Origin: Blastocladiella emersonii ATCC 22665
Taxonomy: Eukaryota; Fungi; Blastocladiomycota
NCBI GenBank assembly: GCA_025594325.1
Contig: JANHCV010000008.1
Span: forward strand, 248,001 to 312,000
Length of the DNA: 64,000 nucleotides
Direction of reading: 5' to 3'
The notes below the pieces were generated by a model. The model had not been told where the DNA came from. It did not search any database and was given only the letters and a program-made list of their open reading frames with translations. Of this stretch, positions 1 to 10,700 are shown one piece after another. Positions within the stretch are counted from its first letter, which is position 1. Each line of letters starts with the position of its first letter. The position numbers and the translations under genes are program-made.

Positions 1-828
1 CGTCGCCGTCGACCCGGCAAAACGCCCGATTTGGATACAAAGCTGGTCTGCGCTCACCCCAATTCCCGGAACCTCGCCGAAGCGGTTTTGGATGACCTTT
101 TGGGAGCCGCTAAAGCATCTGGAGACTTCAGAGATGCTCGCCATCAGCGTCGCAATCAAGAAAGTCTTTCTCAGCAAGTTTTCGATGCTCCCTGATTCTC
201 AAGACCCGAAACTTGCCGCCATGGTCTCGAGCGATTCCGCGACCGTTTACAACATCGCCTTTCGCCTTCGGCACGCCCTCTTCCCGAACCCAGCGCCGCA
301 TCGGCGGCGAACGAACCCGAATTTGCGCATTGCGCGTACAGCTCGCTTTGCGGCCGCGCACGCTCCCGCTCACCTTTGCCACGGCGCAACCGTGAATATC
401 GCAGTCCGCCACAACTCAGGTATTCCGCCGCTGCAGTTCCCTTCAGCTCGCAATCGCTTGATTTATGTGCTTATTTTATTGCAAACACTTTGCGGTGTTC
501 GCTCCCGACGCGGATACCCATTCCATCCCTCGCTGTCGCCGCTCAACGAACGTGGAGTTCATCGCCTCCAAGGTCCTTCTTGGGCTCATGCAAATGGGTC
601 ACTTCCCGCCGCGGGAGGTGATGCGGACCACCTTGCACGCGACGCTCACCGTCATGTCCCTTGGAACGCGCATCGCGTGCTGCCGCCGAGGAGTGGCGCT
701 CGTCATTGGATCGAGGCAACTTGCAGTTCGCGAGCCAGTACCTCGCGGCCATTGCCGAGTTCCCAACCGAAGGTTTCGGGTGGCGGCTCGTCGAGATTTG
801 GTGCATCGTGGATTCCCAGCTCGGATAG
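1..828 (+). pseudogene. Family A copy A0, 5'-truncated by the window edge, frameshifted
   Basis: Frame 2 from base 2 reads RPIWIQSWSALTPIPG..FWEPL..VAIKKVFLSK, the family A core. The knuckle (YCKHF..H..C) and the terminal YLAAIAEFP..LVEIW..stop(826-828) lie in other frames. A 5-bp TTTAT duplication sits near 470-480. Confidence 0.85.
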
Positions 829-1116
829 TGAGTGGCCTCGGTCGGCGCATGATCCAGATTGCCCGTCGAGGCGGAGCATTGGATAATATATTAGCGTCCG
901 TTCGTTGAGCCTGAGGACCGTGTCGGCCAGCCCCCCTGATCGGCGCGCCGGGTGGAGTCGCGAAGGACGCGTCGCGCGATCACATGTTCAGCGGGTCACA
1001 CGGACATCGACTACGCGCCAGCCTTGCGCGCTGAGCGCGCGCTCCCCTTTTCCTGCACATCTACTCACGGAGAAATGTATAAACTTGATGCAATCGTAGT
1101 CGGCGCTAGTCACTCG

Positions 1117-1914
1117 ATGGATTCTCCGGCTACGCCGACAGCACAGCACCAAGCAGTTTCGCGTGAGAGTGGCACACTTGCACCGCTGCCCGTACTAGAG
1201 CACTCGCTCGAGACGCAGCTTTTGATGCAGCTCGATTCGCGACTTTCTTGCATCCATCGCGTACTTCATCAACGACTCAATGTGGCCGCGTGCACTCCTG
1301 GCCTTGACTTGCACATGCATTCCAGCCAATCGCATCCGTCAGCACCAAACGCGGCGGAAATGACGCACACGATCCACTCGCCAAGCGCCCAAGCGTTGCT
1401 TCATCGCAACAAACCAAATGAATTGTCGCTCTTGACACCATCGGAAACCCGACCACAGTCAACGTGTTCGACGACCATGGCCCGCAATGCGAAGCTAGCC
1501 CGCGCCCTCGCAAAGCCCTGCCTGTACTGTCTCAACATCCGATCGGCCGCTCGTGGAGCGCGCGATCACACGCTGGCTCGTTGCAAGTACGCCGCCAGAG
1601 TGGCCGACGTCGCTGGAACTATCTTCTTTGGACTGCGGCAGTTGCCGGGCTTCCCACCCAAAGACTCCATGTGCAGCCGCTCGTACGAGACCCTGAGCGC
1701 CCTCAGTCACGATTACGCAGAGCGCACGCGTCGATTCCACGCCGACACGTTCACTATCTCCACAGTCAAGTCCAAAGCAGCCGAAAACCTCCGCTTCGCA
1801 AACCTCGTGCTTACGGCGCTGGCTGAGTTCCCGCCGACGATGGCTGAGTCGCACCTCGCTCCCGTGTGGAGGGAAGTTGTCGCGATGTGCTCGAGGTTCG
1901 GTATCCGGCTATGA
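1117..1914 (+). CDS. Family A copy A1, short form lacking the capsid-like core
   Basis: ORF 952..1914. It has the N-helix LETQLLMQLDSRLSCIHRVLHQRL, then CLYC-x12-H-x4-C and a C-terminus most like A2. Start chosen at the ATG downstream of the promoter motif at 964; exact start uncertain. Confidence 0.75.
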   Translation: MDSPATPTAQHQAVSRESGTLAPLPVLEHSLETQLLMQLDSRLSCIHRVLHQRLNVAACTPGLDLHMHSSQSHPSAPNAAEMTHTIHSPSAQALLHRNKPNELSLLTPSETRPQSTCSTTMARNAKLARALAKPCLYCLNIRSAARGARDHTLARCKYAARVADVAGTIFFGLRQLPGFPPKDSMCSRSYETLSALSHDYAERTRRFHADTFTISTVKSKAAENLRFANLVLTALAEFPPTMAESHLAPVWREVVAMCSRFGIRL

Positions 1915-2400
1915 TGGATGCGCGGCTGATTTCGCCCATGTTCTCGCCTGGTGGCCGGCCTTTCCTTGGCCATCAAACACGCCTCGCGCTCGTGTTGTGT
2001 CTGCATAAACTCTTCTTTCACTCATCAACCGTTGGTATCCGTCTGCATGAAACCGAAAAGAGTGTTTCGCGTCGTCGCGCGCGTGAGTCGCTCTGTGAAG
2101 CAATGCGACCGCGAGCCGACCTGAGTTGAACGCGTGTCCGACGTTCCCACTCGATTCAATCACAGTTGCCCTGTCCCGCATCGGTCCGATCTGAGAGTGC
2201 CGCCGAATTCTTTGTGCGTGTCCTGCTTTCGCCATGCGCGTACTGATTCCGCACGAGCAAGTACGTGGCGCTGGCACACGTTGGCGACGAGCGACACACA
2301 CATTGACGACGTACGAGAGTTTGCTCGACACCGACCTGAATCAGTGGCAAGCGTGGAGAAGTGAGCGAGCTGAGACTCGCGGTGGAATCGCGTGCGGTCC

Positions 2401-2424
2401 GAGACGCGTTTTGAAATCAGGTGA
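2401..2424 (+). promoter_or_regulatory. Bipartite motif GAGACGCG-N8-TCAYGTGA (+ strand copies also at 964, 4261, 4701, 7460, 9162, 15998, 17923, 49897)
   Basis: Fixed 8-bp spacer. Found ~80-220 bp upstream of family A starts and oriented with the gene. Confidence 0.75.
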
Positions 2425-2512
2425 CGAGGTTTGGGGCGGTGGGACACCAACTGATCGCCGCGCGCGCGCCGTGGCTCCCCTCCCTCACACACCATTCAAT
2501 GCAACAATTGCC

Positions 2513-4144
2513 ATGGAATCACTACATGCAAAAGACTCGGACGGACTTGCGTTTATGGGCTCCCCGGTGGCGCCAGCTTCGTTCGACCATGCCCTGCCGC
2601 CGGCCTACGAGGCGGCAGCGGACGGCGTACAAGGACACTCACCCGAGCAACTCGTTTTGGCTCAACTTGAATCACGGCTTTTCTATATCCGTGGAGTCTT
2701 ACGGCAGCGGTTACAACGGGCTGAAACCGCGCTCGTGCTTGATCCGCTCGATAGTCGCTCTGGTGTCGCGGCGGCCGACGAGCTTGACCGCTCCAGCGAG
2801 GGCTCAATCTCTCGACCGGCTACCGCTTCGAGTATGAGCTCTTCTCCTCAGCGCAAGCCTTTTTCGCATTCCTCGTCTCGTTTTTCATCCCCTGGTCGGC
2901 CGCTGCTCGACAAACTCGTTTCTCGCGCCGATCCGGCTCCAGCCGACACGCCAACGACACTCAAAGCGCTAGTAGAGACTCGTGGACCGTACTTCAGAAT
3001 CGCAGCATCGCCGGGTCGGCGCACGACCAACAAAGCGCGCGAGTTTCTTGACTGGATGAGGCGGCTCATCCCTGCTGATCACCTCGCTAGTGCGCTGATT
3101 TTCGCCAAGCCGAACGTACACCCCGATGACTATCTTGCGTATGCTGTCTTGCTCATCAAGTCGCACTCCGATTCAGTTGCCGCGCATCACTTCCACAACG
3201 CCGTCAATAAGGGCTCACGCCCTCCGTGGATCCGAGACTGGGTTGCCATCCAGCCACGGCCCGGACAATCGTTGAAGCACTTCCAGGCGGCCGTCTGGAA
3301 CTTGTTCCTGCAGTCGAAATCGATCGCGCTTCTCGTCAATAGCCCCGTGTTCAAGGAACTGTTCGTCGAAAAGTTGACTGGTCTTTATCCCGAAGCGTGC
3401 AGCGAGCGTGTCGCCGCGCTGGTTAAGAGCGCTCACTGCTCGTTTGCTGATATCGTGGACGAGCTCAGCCGGCTTCTACACCCCGCGAAGCCTGCTGTAG
3501 AGCAAGAGCAGTTGGTCCCGCCTCGCGATCAATCTCGCTCGCGTGGCAGGAGCAGGTCACCTGGCAAACAAAATCGACTTGGTTCGCTTGACCGTTCCCG
3601 CCGCTCTCGCTCAAGGTCGCGAGGCCGCTCGCATTCCAATCGATCTTCCAACGGCACTTCTCAACCTCGCGGGTCTTCACGGGTCCCTGCCTCAGCTCAA
3701 GTCGATCTTGACAATGACCGGAAATTAAATCGCGCGCAGGAGGCACCGTGCCTGTACTGCGTCACCCTAGGAATTCCTTTCAGCAAAGCTAGAGCACACA
3801 CGCTCATCGGATGCCCGCATGCCGCTGACACAGATCGCGTCGCCGGATCAATCTTCTTTGGGTTGGAGTTGCTTCCGTCATTCCCGGCCAAGGTCACCAT
3901 GCTCAGCAGGTCGTACGACACGCTGACTGAGCTCGCACTCGTTTGCGCGGACCAAGTAAGGCTGACGCGGTTCGACAGCACTCGCCGCCCTGTGCTTACA
4001 GCAAAACAGCTCGTGTCGCTTCGTTACGCGCAACTCCGACTCACCGTTCTCGCCGAGTTTCCTCCCGCGATGCTCAACACGCATATCGCGCCCGTGTGGG
4101 GAGAGATTGTTGCAATTTGCAAAAGGCACAGAGTCTCGTTGTAA
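2513..4144 (+). CDS. Family A copy A2, Gag-like protein
   Basis: ORF 2234..4144 with all family A motifs (GPYFRIAASPGR, RPPWIRDW..QPRPGQSL..F, RS tract, CLYC..H..C). ATG 2513 lies downstream of the motif at 2401. Confidence 0.85.
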   Translation: MESLHAKDSDGLAFMGSPVAPASFDHALPPAYEAAADGVQGHSPEQLVLAQLESRLFYIRGVLRQRLQRAETALVLDPLDSRSGVAAADELDRSSEGSISRPATASSMSSSPQRKPFSHSSSRFSSPGRPLLDKLVSRADPAPADTPTTLKALVETRGPYFRIAASPGRRTTNKAREFLDWMRRLIPADHLASALIFAKPNVHPDDYLAYAVLLIKSHSDSVAAHHFHNAVNKGSRPPWIRDWVAIQPRPGQSLKHFQAAVWNLFLQSKSIALLVNSPVFKELFVEKLTGLYPEACSERVAALVKSAHCSFADIVDELSRLLHPAKPAVEQEQLVPPRDQSRSRGRSRSPGKQNRLGSLDRSRRSRSRSRGRSHSNRSSNGTSQPRGSSRVPASAQVDLDNDRKLNRAQEAPCLYCVTLGIPFSKARAHTLIGCPHAADTDRVAGSIFFGLELLPSFPAKVTMLSRSYDTLTELALVCADQVRLTRFDSTRRPVLTAKQLVSLRYAQLRLTVLAEFPPAMLNTHIAPVWGEIVAICKRHRVSL

Positions 4145-4403
4145 AAGCAGACGGGAGCGGTTCGGCGTTGTTTCCCAAGGCCTTCCGAATTAAATAGATT
4201 GCGTATTGTAAGACGTAGGGCGGGGTTTGGCGCATGAGAGTTGAGAGGAAACTGAGGACGGAGACGCGTTGCGAAATCATGTGATGCGGTTCAGCGGTTG
4301 AAAACGTAGCAGGCTCGCCGTTATGTTCTCGCTCTCCGCAAGTTTCCAAACAGTTGACTCCGTACTGATATCTCGCCCTGCAACCGATTATGAAGCTTCC
4401 AAC

Positions 4404-4630
4404 ATGAAGGGTAGGCTGCCCGGTTCAACGGCCCGTTTCGCTTCTGTGCGGTTGAGCCGCGATCAAGCAGTTGCACACAGCGGAGCAACCCATTCGAACA
4501 GCAATTGCTTACGCAGCTACAGAGGCGCTTTGCTCGCATCCACTGCGCGCTGCAGTCCAGGCTGCGTACTACGGCTAGTGCGGAGCGCGGAGCACGCGCT
4601 TCCACCTGAATCGCGTCTACCCTTAAAACT
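4404..4630 (+). pseudogene. Family A N-terminal remnant
   Basis: One frame near 4490-4570 reads FEQQLLTQLQRRFARIHCALQSRL, matching the family A N-helix. It has its own promoter motif at 4261. The rest of the gene is missing. Confidence 0.65.
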
Positions 4631-4848
4631 TGCATTCAATCCTTTGCTGGAACCGTAGCAAGTTCTGTCGCCTCCGCTTGCGACTGGCAAGGCTGCCTGC
4701 GAGACGCGACGGGAAAACACGTGAGTGGCTTGCCGGTGGGCGAAGTGGCGGCCGTTCGTCGGAGGCGACGTTGACTCTCCCGCGTGTGTCCACAGTATGC
4801 CTGCTGGCCTCATGTAACTTTTCGCGGACTGCCTGCAATGTAACACGA

Positions 4849-7263
4849 ATGGAACATACGCTACATATCAATGAATGCGCGCCCGCGTCGCCCAAACACG
4901 GCCCTCAGCTTGAACTGCCCGCTTCGGGCGAGGGGCGGCGTGCGCTGCTGACGGCGAGTCTTGTCCGGCTTCTTGATGCTCGAATTGTCAGCATCCGGCT
5001 GCACCTTCTGTCTCGGACTGACTTCGGGAGTTCGGCTGCCATGCTAGCTGCTGATGCGACAGTGCATGAGCTTGAAGCGCTTTGCGACCGGCTGGCATCG
5101 GAGCTTGATCTGGAACACGCGCAACCAACCTCGAACCCAGACGGGTCTCCCTCCCTTTTGCCAGGAGTCACGGACGACCCCAAGCTGCCCCTCGAAGATC
5201 GCGTGCGACGTTACGGCCCGCTCTTCCGCCTGCCTGCACGTCCAGGGCGCGTTTCAACAAACGATCCTCGCGCCTTCATCGGCGCGCTTTGCAGGTTTAT
5301 CCCATACCATTCCGTGGCCGAATTGCTTCTCATGTCCCGCGACAACATGCCTCGTGACGATTTCGTCGCTCTTGCGCCGCTTCTAACTCCTGATATAGCA
5401 TCACACATGGCTGAAGAGGCCTTCATCGTTGCTACAAATCCAGCATCTCATCCGACCTACCTCACAACTTGGATTTCACTCGAGCCGCAGCCTGGAACTC
5501 GCCTCGAGCACTTTCAACGGCAATTTAGCGACGTGCTCCGGAGGATGAGCAGGTATCAGTCACTCCTGAGTTGTTCCCACATCAAGGAGATTTATCTTTC
5601 CAAACTTGCCGCGCTCCCGGCATCGTGTGACCCAGCCGTCGTAGCCTTGGTTGACCAGCAGGGTAAATCGATTGGCGACATTACAGCTTGTCTCGGCAAC
5701 CCAACCATTCCCGCTGGGTCCTCGCATGCAATTGAAGGCGGCGACACCTTTGGACCAAAATCACCCTTGAAGCTCCCGTCGCCAGTCCAATCTTCGCCGG
5801 CGGCGCGGCATTCTCGCAGCGCGGACGAACGGTCGCAAGCACGGTTATCCTCCATAGCCCCTGATGCTCGGCCGACATCGCAGTCCCGCTCTCGCAACGG
5901 CCGGCATCGATCACGCTCTCGCTCAAGATCTCGCTCCAGATCTCGGTCGCGCTCTCAGTCGCGTCGGCGCAGGAAGCGCCCTCGATCGCCGTCTCGGTCT
6001 AGAAAACGGTCTCGGTCACGCTCGAAGTCGCGTCGGCGGAGGAACCGGACTGAATCGCCGTCCCGGTCTCGGAGCCGCGCTCGATCGCCATCTCGCTCTC
6101 CTCGGCATCGAAACGATAGCGTTCGTTCGCGCCAGCGCTCGCGTTTTCGTGCTCGATCAAAACCACCTCGGAAGCGACTTGAGCTGCCCTTGATGCTCAA
6201 GAGGTCGCTTGGAAAGCTGGAACCACCCGACCGCACCACAATGTCTTCTGCTGCTCCACAGCAAGGTGCTTCGCTTGAAAACATCAACAAAAATGAGACG
6301 CTGTTCCGGCTCCCACCGAAACCAGGCCAGACGACCACCGATTGCTCACGCGAGTTTCTCAAGGATCTCCGCACAAAAATGTCACCCCTCAATTTGTCCA
6401 CTGCCCTCACCCTCGCGCAAGATCGAATGCCGCGCGACGTGTTCCTCGCGTGTGCACCCTTCTTGCACCCTGAGTTGGACAATGCGGACGCGACACGGAC
6501 GTTCGTTGATGCAGCCGATCTCTTGGGTCGACCTCAACCTCGCTGGCTCTCGGACTGGATCGCGCTCGAGTGGTCGCCTGGTCAATCGCTTGATGACTTT
6601 CACACGCACTTCTTGATTCCGTTCAGGCTGCTTGGCACGATGAAGCTGTTGATTGCGCAGACGCACATCAAGACCATCTACCTTGAACGACTTGCGCGCC
6701 TGCCCGAATCGCACGACCCAAAGATTACCACCATGGTCAAGAACAAGCTCATTTCCATCTTCGATATCCAGGCCCGGCTTGAATCGATGCTTCCCGCCTC
6801 CGCCCTCTCAGCGCGCCCAACTCCGCCGCCTCCCTCAAGCGCCAACGATCCTCTCACCTTGGCTATGCACCGGGCGCCGTGCGGCTACTGCATCCACTTC
6901 CCGCCGCTCCGAATGCGGGCACAGAACCATGCGATGGTCGAGTGCACGACCGCGAACAATCTCAAACTGATCATTGAATCGATTCTGCTCGGCTTTGTGA
7001 CCGTGAGCTCGTTTCCTCCCTTGGACGTCATGGCCCGTGGCTCGCACAGCGAGCTCATTGCGCTCGCGTCCAACTGGGCTGCTCGTCTTAGGAAACAGGC
7101 AACGTTGAGTCGCGGTCTACCGTGGAAGGAGCGCGAGTAGATGTCCCATGCCGCCATGTACCTGAGTGCGGTCGCGAGATTCCCCATTCAGCTGCACACA
7201 ACGCGGGTTGTGCCGATCTTTTCGCAGCTCGCGGTGTTGTGCGAACGTACGACCCAGAGTTAA
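4849..7263 (+). CDS. Family A copy A3, tandem duplicated core domain, premature TAG at 7138-7140
   Basis: ORF 4630..7140 has two cores (GPLFRLPARPGR.. and TLFRLPPKPGQ..), a long RS tract and CGYC..H..C. The homologous C-terminus (MYLSAVARFP..) continues in frame after the TAG to TAA at 7261-7263. Confidence 0.8.
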
Positions 7264-7572
7264 TGTAATATTCTTCCAAAGGTTGTGGTGTCAACGACGG
7301 CTGAGAATTCCTGAACGCTCGAAATTTGCTTGGGCCGCAGCAGCAGGCAGCGCGGAACCAGCGTTGTTAAAAAATTATCGGATTTCAGTATCCTCATTAA
7401 CACTCGCCGGCGCTCGTAGCCCTGGGCCCAGCCGTGGCCTCGTGTCTCGCACGGGGTGAGAGACGTGTTGCGGAATCAGGTGATCAGCTTGCGCCACCCC
7501 GCTGTTTGATCGCCGCCGCCGTGACGCCCACAACTCTTTCTCTCGCAAAGGTATGAAATCGTCCATGTAACT

Positions 7573-9099
7573 ATGACCTCATGCAATGAATTCGGATCGG
7601 GCCATCCAGCTGATCAAGAGCTTGGTCGTGCCGCGGCCGCCATGCGCCGTTATGCGCGAGACCAGCGCCTCCCCGCTTCGTCCAAGGAGCGCTCCGAGCT
7701 CATGCAGGGCGCACTATGCAGTCTTATGGATGCTCGCTTGAGCCTCATACAGGCGGCCCTCGCTGAACGGCCGAAAACTGAAACTGGTCCTTGCTTTAAT
7801 TTTGCCGTTGCAGGCCCCGCCCGGACGATTGCCGAGCTCGAGCAGCTGCGCCGCGACTTGAAAGCTGGTTTGACTGCTTCGACTCCCCCAGCGGGATCTT
7901 CGCCCGAGCCTGCAATCAATGCGCGGGTCGAGTCCGGCCATCCGGAACGGACTGAAACTACATGGCAGCCACCCTCGCCACCGGTGCTCACGCGTTCCGA
8001 GCATCTCACTCTTGACGAGCTGGTGCAGTCTCGAGGCCCGCTTCTACGGCTCCCGGCACCGCCTGGACGGTGGTCAACCGACTCCCCGCGCGATTTCGTC
8101 GACCGCTTGCGCACCCTCGTTCCAGCGGGCCAACTCGCGTGCGCACTGCTTAAATCCAAGGAAAATGTCCCGCTCAAGGACTACCTTGCGTTTGTCGTCC
8201 TTGTATTTTCCGATCAGCCCGATGTGGTCGCGGAGCGGCAGTTTTGTCTCGCTCTTGACATTGCACGTCGCCCGGCGTGGGTGCAGCTCTGGATTGACTT
8301 GGACCCGGCACCCGGTTCGTTGGTCGACTCGTTCTACCAGCAGGTTTGGGGCGTCTTTCGCATTTCAGGAAAATCGACGAGTTTGCTCAATGCTCCGCAC
8401 ATCAAGCAATTGTTCGTCGACAGGCTCTCAGCGCTGCCCGAGACGAGCGATCCGAAAGTTTTCTTGCTTCTCAAGAGCTCGCAATATTCGGTAGCGGACA
8501 TTGCCGAGGAGCTCGGCAAATTGCGCATTCCCGCAGTAACCAACAACATCTTCGAGTCGCAGCCATCTCATACTCGACGCTCGCGCCCTTCATCGCCTCG
8601 TCAGCGGGATGCAAGCCTGCCTCGCCATCGCAGCCGCTCTCGGACCCGCGATCCTCCAACAGAACACGCACCAGAGCCCCGCGACGACCCAAGACTGCTG
8701 CGCGCGGCTCAGGTTCCGTGCACTTACTGCATCCGGTTCACGGCTCTGGAGCGAAACGCGCGGATGCACTCGCTCGTAGCCTGTACCCGCGCTGCCGATG
8801 TCGGACGCATTGCATGTTTGGTGCACAGTGGCCTGCGGCAGCTCCAGCAGTTTCCCACCGATGAGCTCATGCGGAGCGGCTCGTACGAGATCCTAGTTGC
8901 GCTATGTTCCCGCTACGCTGCAGTGGCCTACGCCCAGTGCAAGTTCAGGAGTCGGTCTGAAGCTCGGTCCCTGGAAAACATGGCCGTGTGCCTCGAAGGG
9001 TTCGCGGATATGCCAGCGGAGATGCTTACGTCGCACCTGGCGCCGATGTGGGAGAATGTGTGCAGCTTGCGCCGCGATTGGCGAGCTCCTTTGAAGTAA
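7573..9099 (+). CDS. Family A copy A4, apparently intact (508 aa)
   Basis: Single ORF with all family motifs. Promoter motif at 7460. Confidence 0.88.
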   Translation: MTSCNEFGSGHPADQELGRAAAAMRRYARDQRLPASSKERSELMQGALCSLMDARLSLIQAALAERPKTETGPCFNFAVAGPARTIAELEQLRRDLKAGLTASTPPAGSSPEPAINARVESGHPERTETTWQPPSPPVLTRSEHLTLDELVQSRGPLLRLPAPPGRWSTDSPRDFVDRLRTLVPAGQLACALLKSKENVPLKDYLAFVVLVFSDQPDVVAERQFCLALDIARRPAWVQLWIDLDPAPGSLVDSFYQQVWGVFRISGKSTSLLNAPHIKQLFVDRLSALPETSDPKVFLLLKSSQYSVADIAEELGKLRIPAVTNNIFESQPSHTRRSRPSSPRQRDASLPRHRSRSRTRDPPTEHAPEPRDDPRLLRAAQVPCTYCIRFTALERNARMHSLVACTRAADVGRIACLVHSGLRQLQQFPTDELMRSGSYEILVALCSRYAAVAYAQCKFRSRSEARSLENMAVCLEGFADMPAEMLTSHLAPMWENVCSLRRDWRAPLK

Positions 9100-9241
9100 T
9101 AGATGCTCGGTTAGACCCCCGCGTTTTTGGTGAGAGACGGGCGTGCGAGACACCGAGGGTGGAGACGCGTTCGGAAATGGTGTGACCGTTTTGGAGTTGA
9201 TTTCTCGTCGCGAGAGCAGCAACCGCTCGCGCTCCGCTTCC

Positions 9242-10176
9242 GTCAGAGCGAGCACCGGGTCGTGTCGCGCGTCGTGCAGGCGGCTGAGAGCGCGTCGCGG
9301 GACAGAGTTGAAGTCGCAGCCGCGCCTGCGCGCCGTAAAGGGCGCATCGAGGTCCGCGCGGACGGCAACGGCGATTCACAGCGGGAGATGCGCGGCAGGC
9401 CTTGTTGGCGAGCGCGTCGGCCTCCTCATTCTCCAAGTTCACGGCGTGGCCACGGACCCATTCGACCTGGAGCTCGCGGGCCGCGATGATCCAGCGGAGC
9501 ACGGCCCACTCGAGCGAGCGCGTTGCGCGGACCCGCACCCACGCGAACAACGAGTTCCAGCGATCCGCTCACGAAGACGTCTGCGCCCGCTGCAACGTCT
9601 GGCAAACCCAAGCCACGGAGCGACCCGTCCGTGTAACGGACCGCAACTCAAAGAGCGGATCTCTCGACCTCGCAGTCCTCACTCGAACTCACGTTCATGG
9701 GACCTCGCAAGTCGTTCTCGGTGCAACCGTTGGACTCGCGCCCACGTCAACGAGCCTGCGCTAGCGGCTCCCAGGTGAACCGCGTCGTGTAAGGATGTGC
9801 ACCGAACACGGGCTCCGTTTTCCACACGTTTTCCAACACGCACGCCAAGCACGGGCTCCGTTAGCGGTTTACCGCGCTTCTGCATCTCTCACGCATTCAT
9901 GTGCTCGGAGTCTCGCGGGCCTGGTCGAGGGTCGGTGCAAAGCGTTAAACGTTCCGCGATGGCCGAGCGGAACAGCGTCAAGCGACGCGCTTCCGGGGGT
10001 TGGGCGGAGGCCGATCACGTGCAAGACCAGGACGCGTTGCGCCACAGCGATCACATGAGAAACGACGCGTCTGTCACGCGTTTCGAGGACATTCACATGA
10101 CGAGAGGGCGACATGCTCACGTGAGCGTCGGCACCCTATCCGGCCGCGACGCGGTCTAAAAAGAGGGCTTTAGCCC
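9242..10176 (-). mobile_element. Truncated inverted copy of the TCGA-target TIR element (see 34136..35981)
   Basis: 9242..10180 mirrors 35070..34132 (both 939 bp; ORF-track translations are identical). It ends in TIR GGGCTTTAGCCC (10165-10176) followed by TCGA (10177-10180). The other TIR is absent. Confidence 0.92.
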
Positions 10177-10700
10177 TCGACTTGCTGCAATGTAAATGGC
10201 ATCGAAGGCGCTGCGTAATACTGCGAGCTTGCGGCCGCGGCGAATGCGATGCGCCAGTTCGACTTGACGCAGGAAATTCCCTCGGCTCGCGAAGAGCGAG
10301 AGCGCCTTTTGACGGGCAGCCTTTGCCGGCTCTTGGAAACCCGGTCAGCATACATCCGACATGTCCTTGAGCAGCGGCTGAACCCAATCTTGGATGGCGT
10401 GGCCAGTGTGCATCGCCGAAACGGCTCCCAGCCATTGGTCCTTTGCGCATCGGTTGGCGCAAACCCTTGCGCGAACCCCCCTTGCGCGACCCGTTGCGCG
10501 AGGGTTTGCGCAAAGGGGCCGATGTTGGGCACCATCGAGACCCCATGTATGCGCAAACCAGGGCCTCGGTTCGCGCAAACGTTGGCGCAAGAGGTCGCGC
10601 CTGGTTCGCGCCGCCGGACGCGCTGCGCCTCAATATAGAATAACGTGCTCACCTTGTTAGGCATTCCGATAGACCGATTCGAATAATAGCTCTGTATCAA

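Noticed and set aside
952-1116. Long N-terminal extensions given by the ORF track for A1, A2, A3 and A7
   Set aside because: They start at non-ATG codons and overlap or precede the promoter motif. Paralog similarity begins downstream.
9026-9550. RNase H-like ORF as part of an intact retrotransposon or as the pol partner of the family A Gag-like genes
   Set aside because: It is antisense to array A, internally deleted, has no RT, and belongs to the TIR-bounded element duplicated at 34-36 kb.
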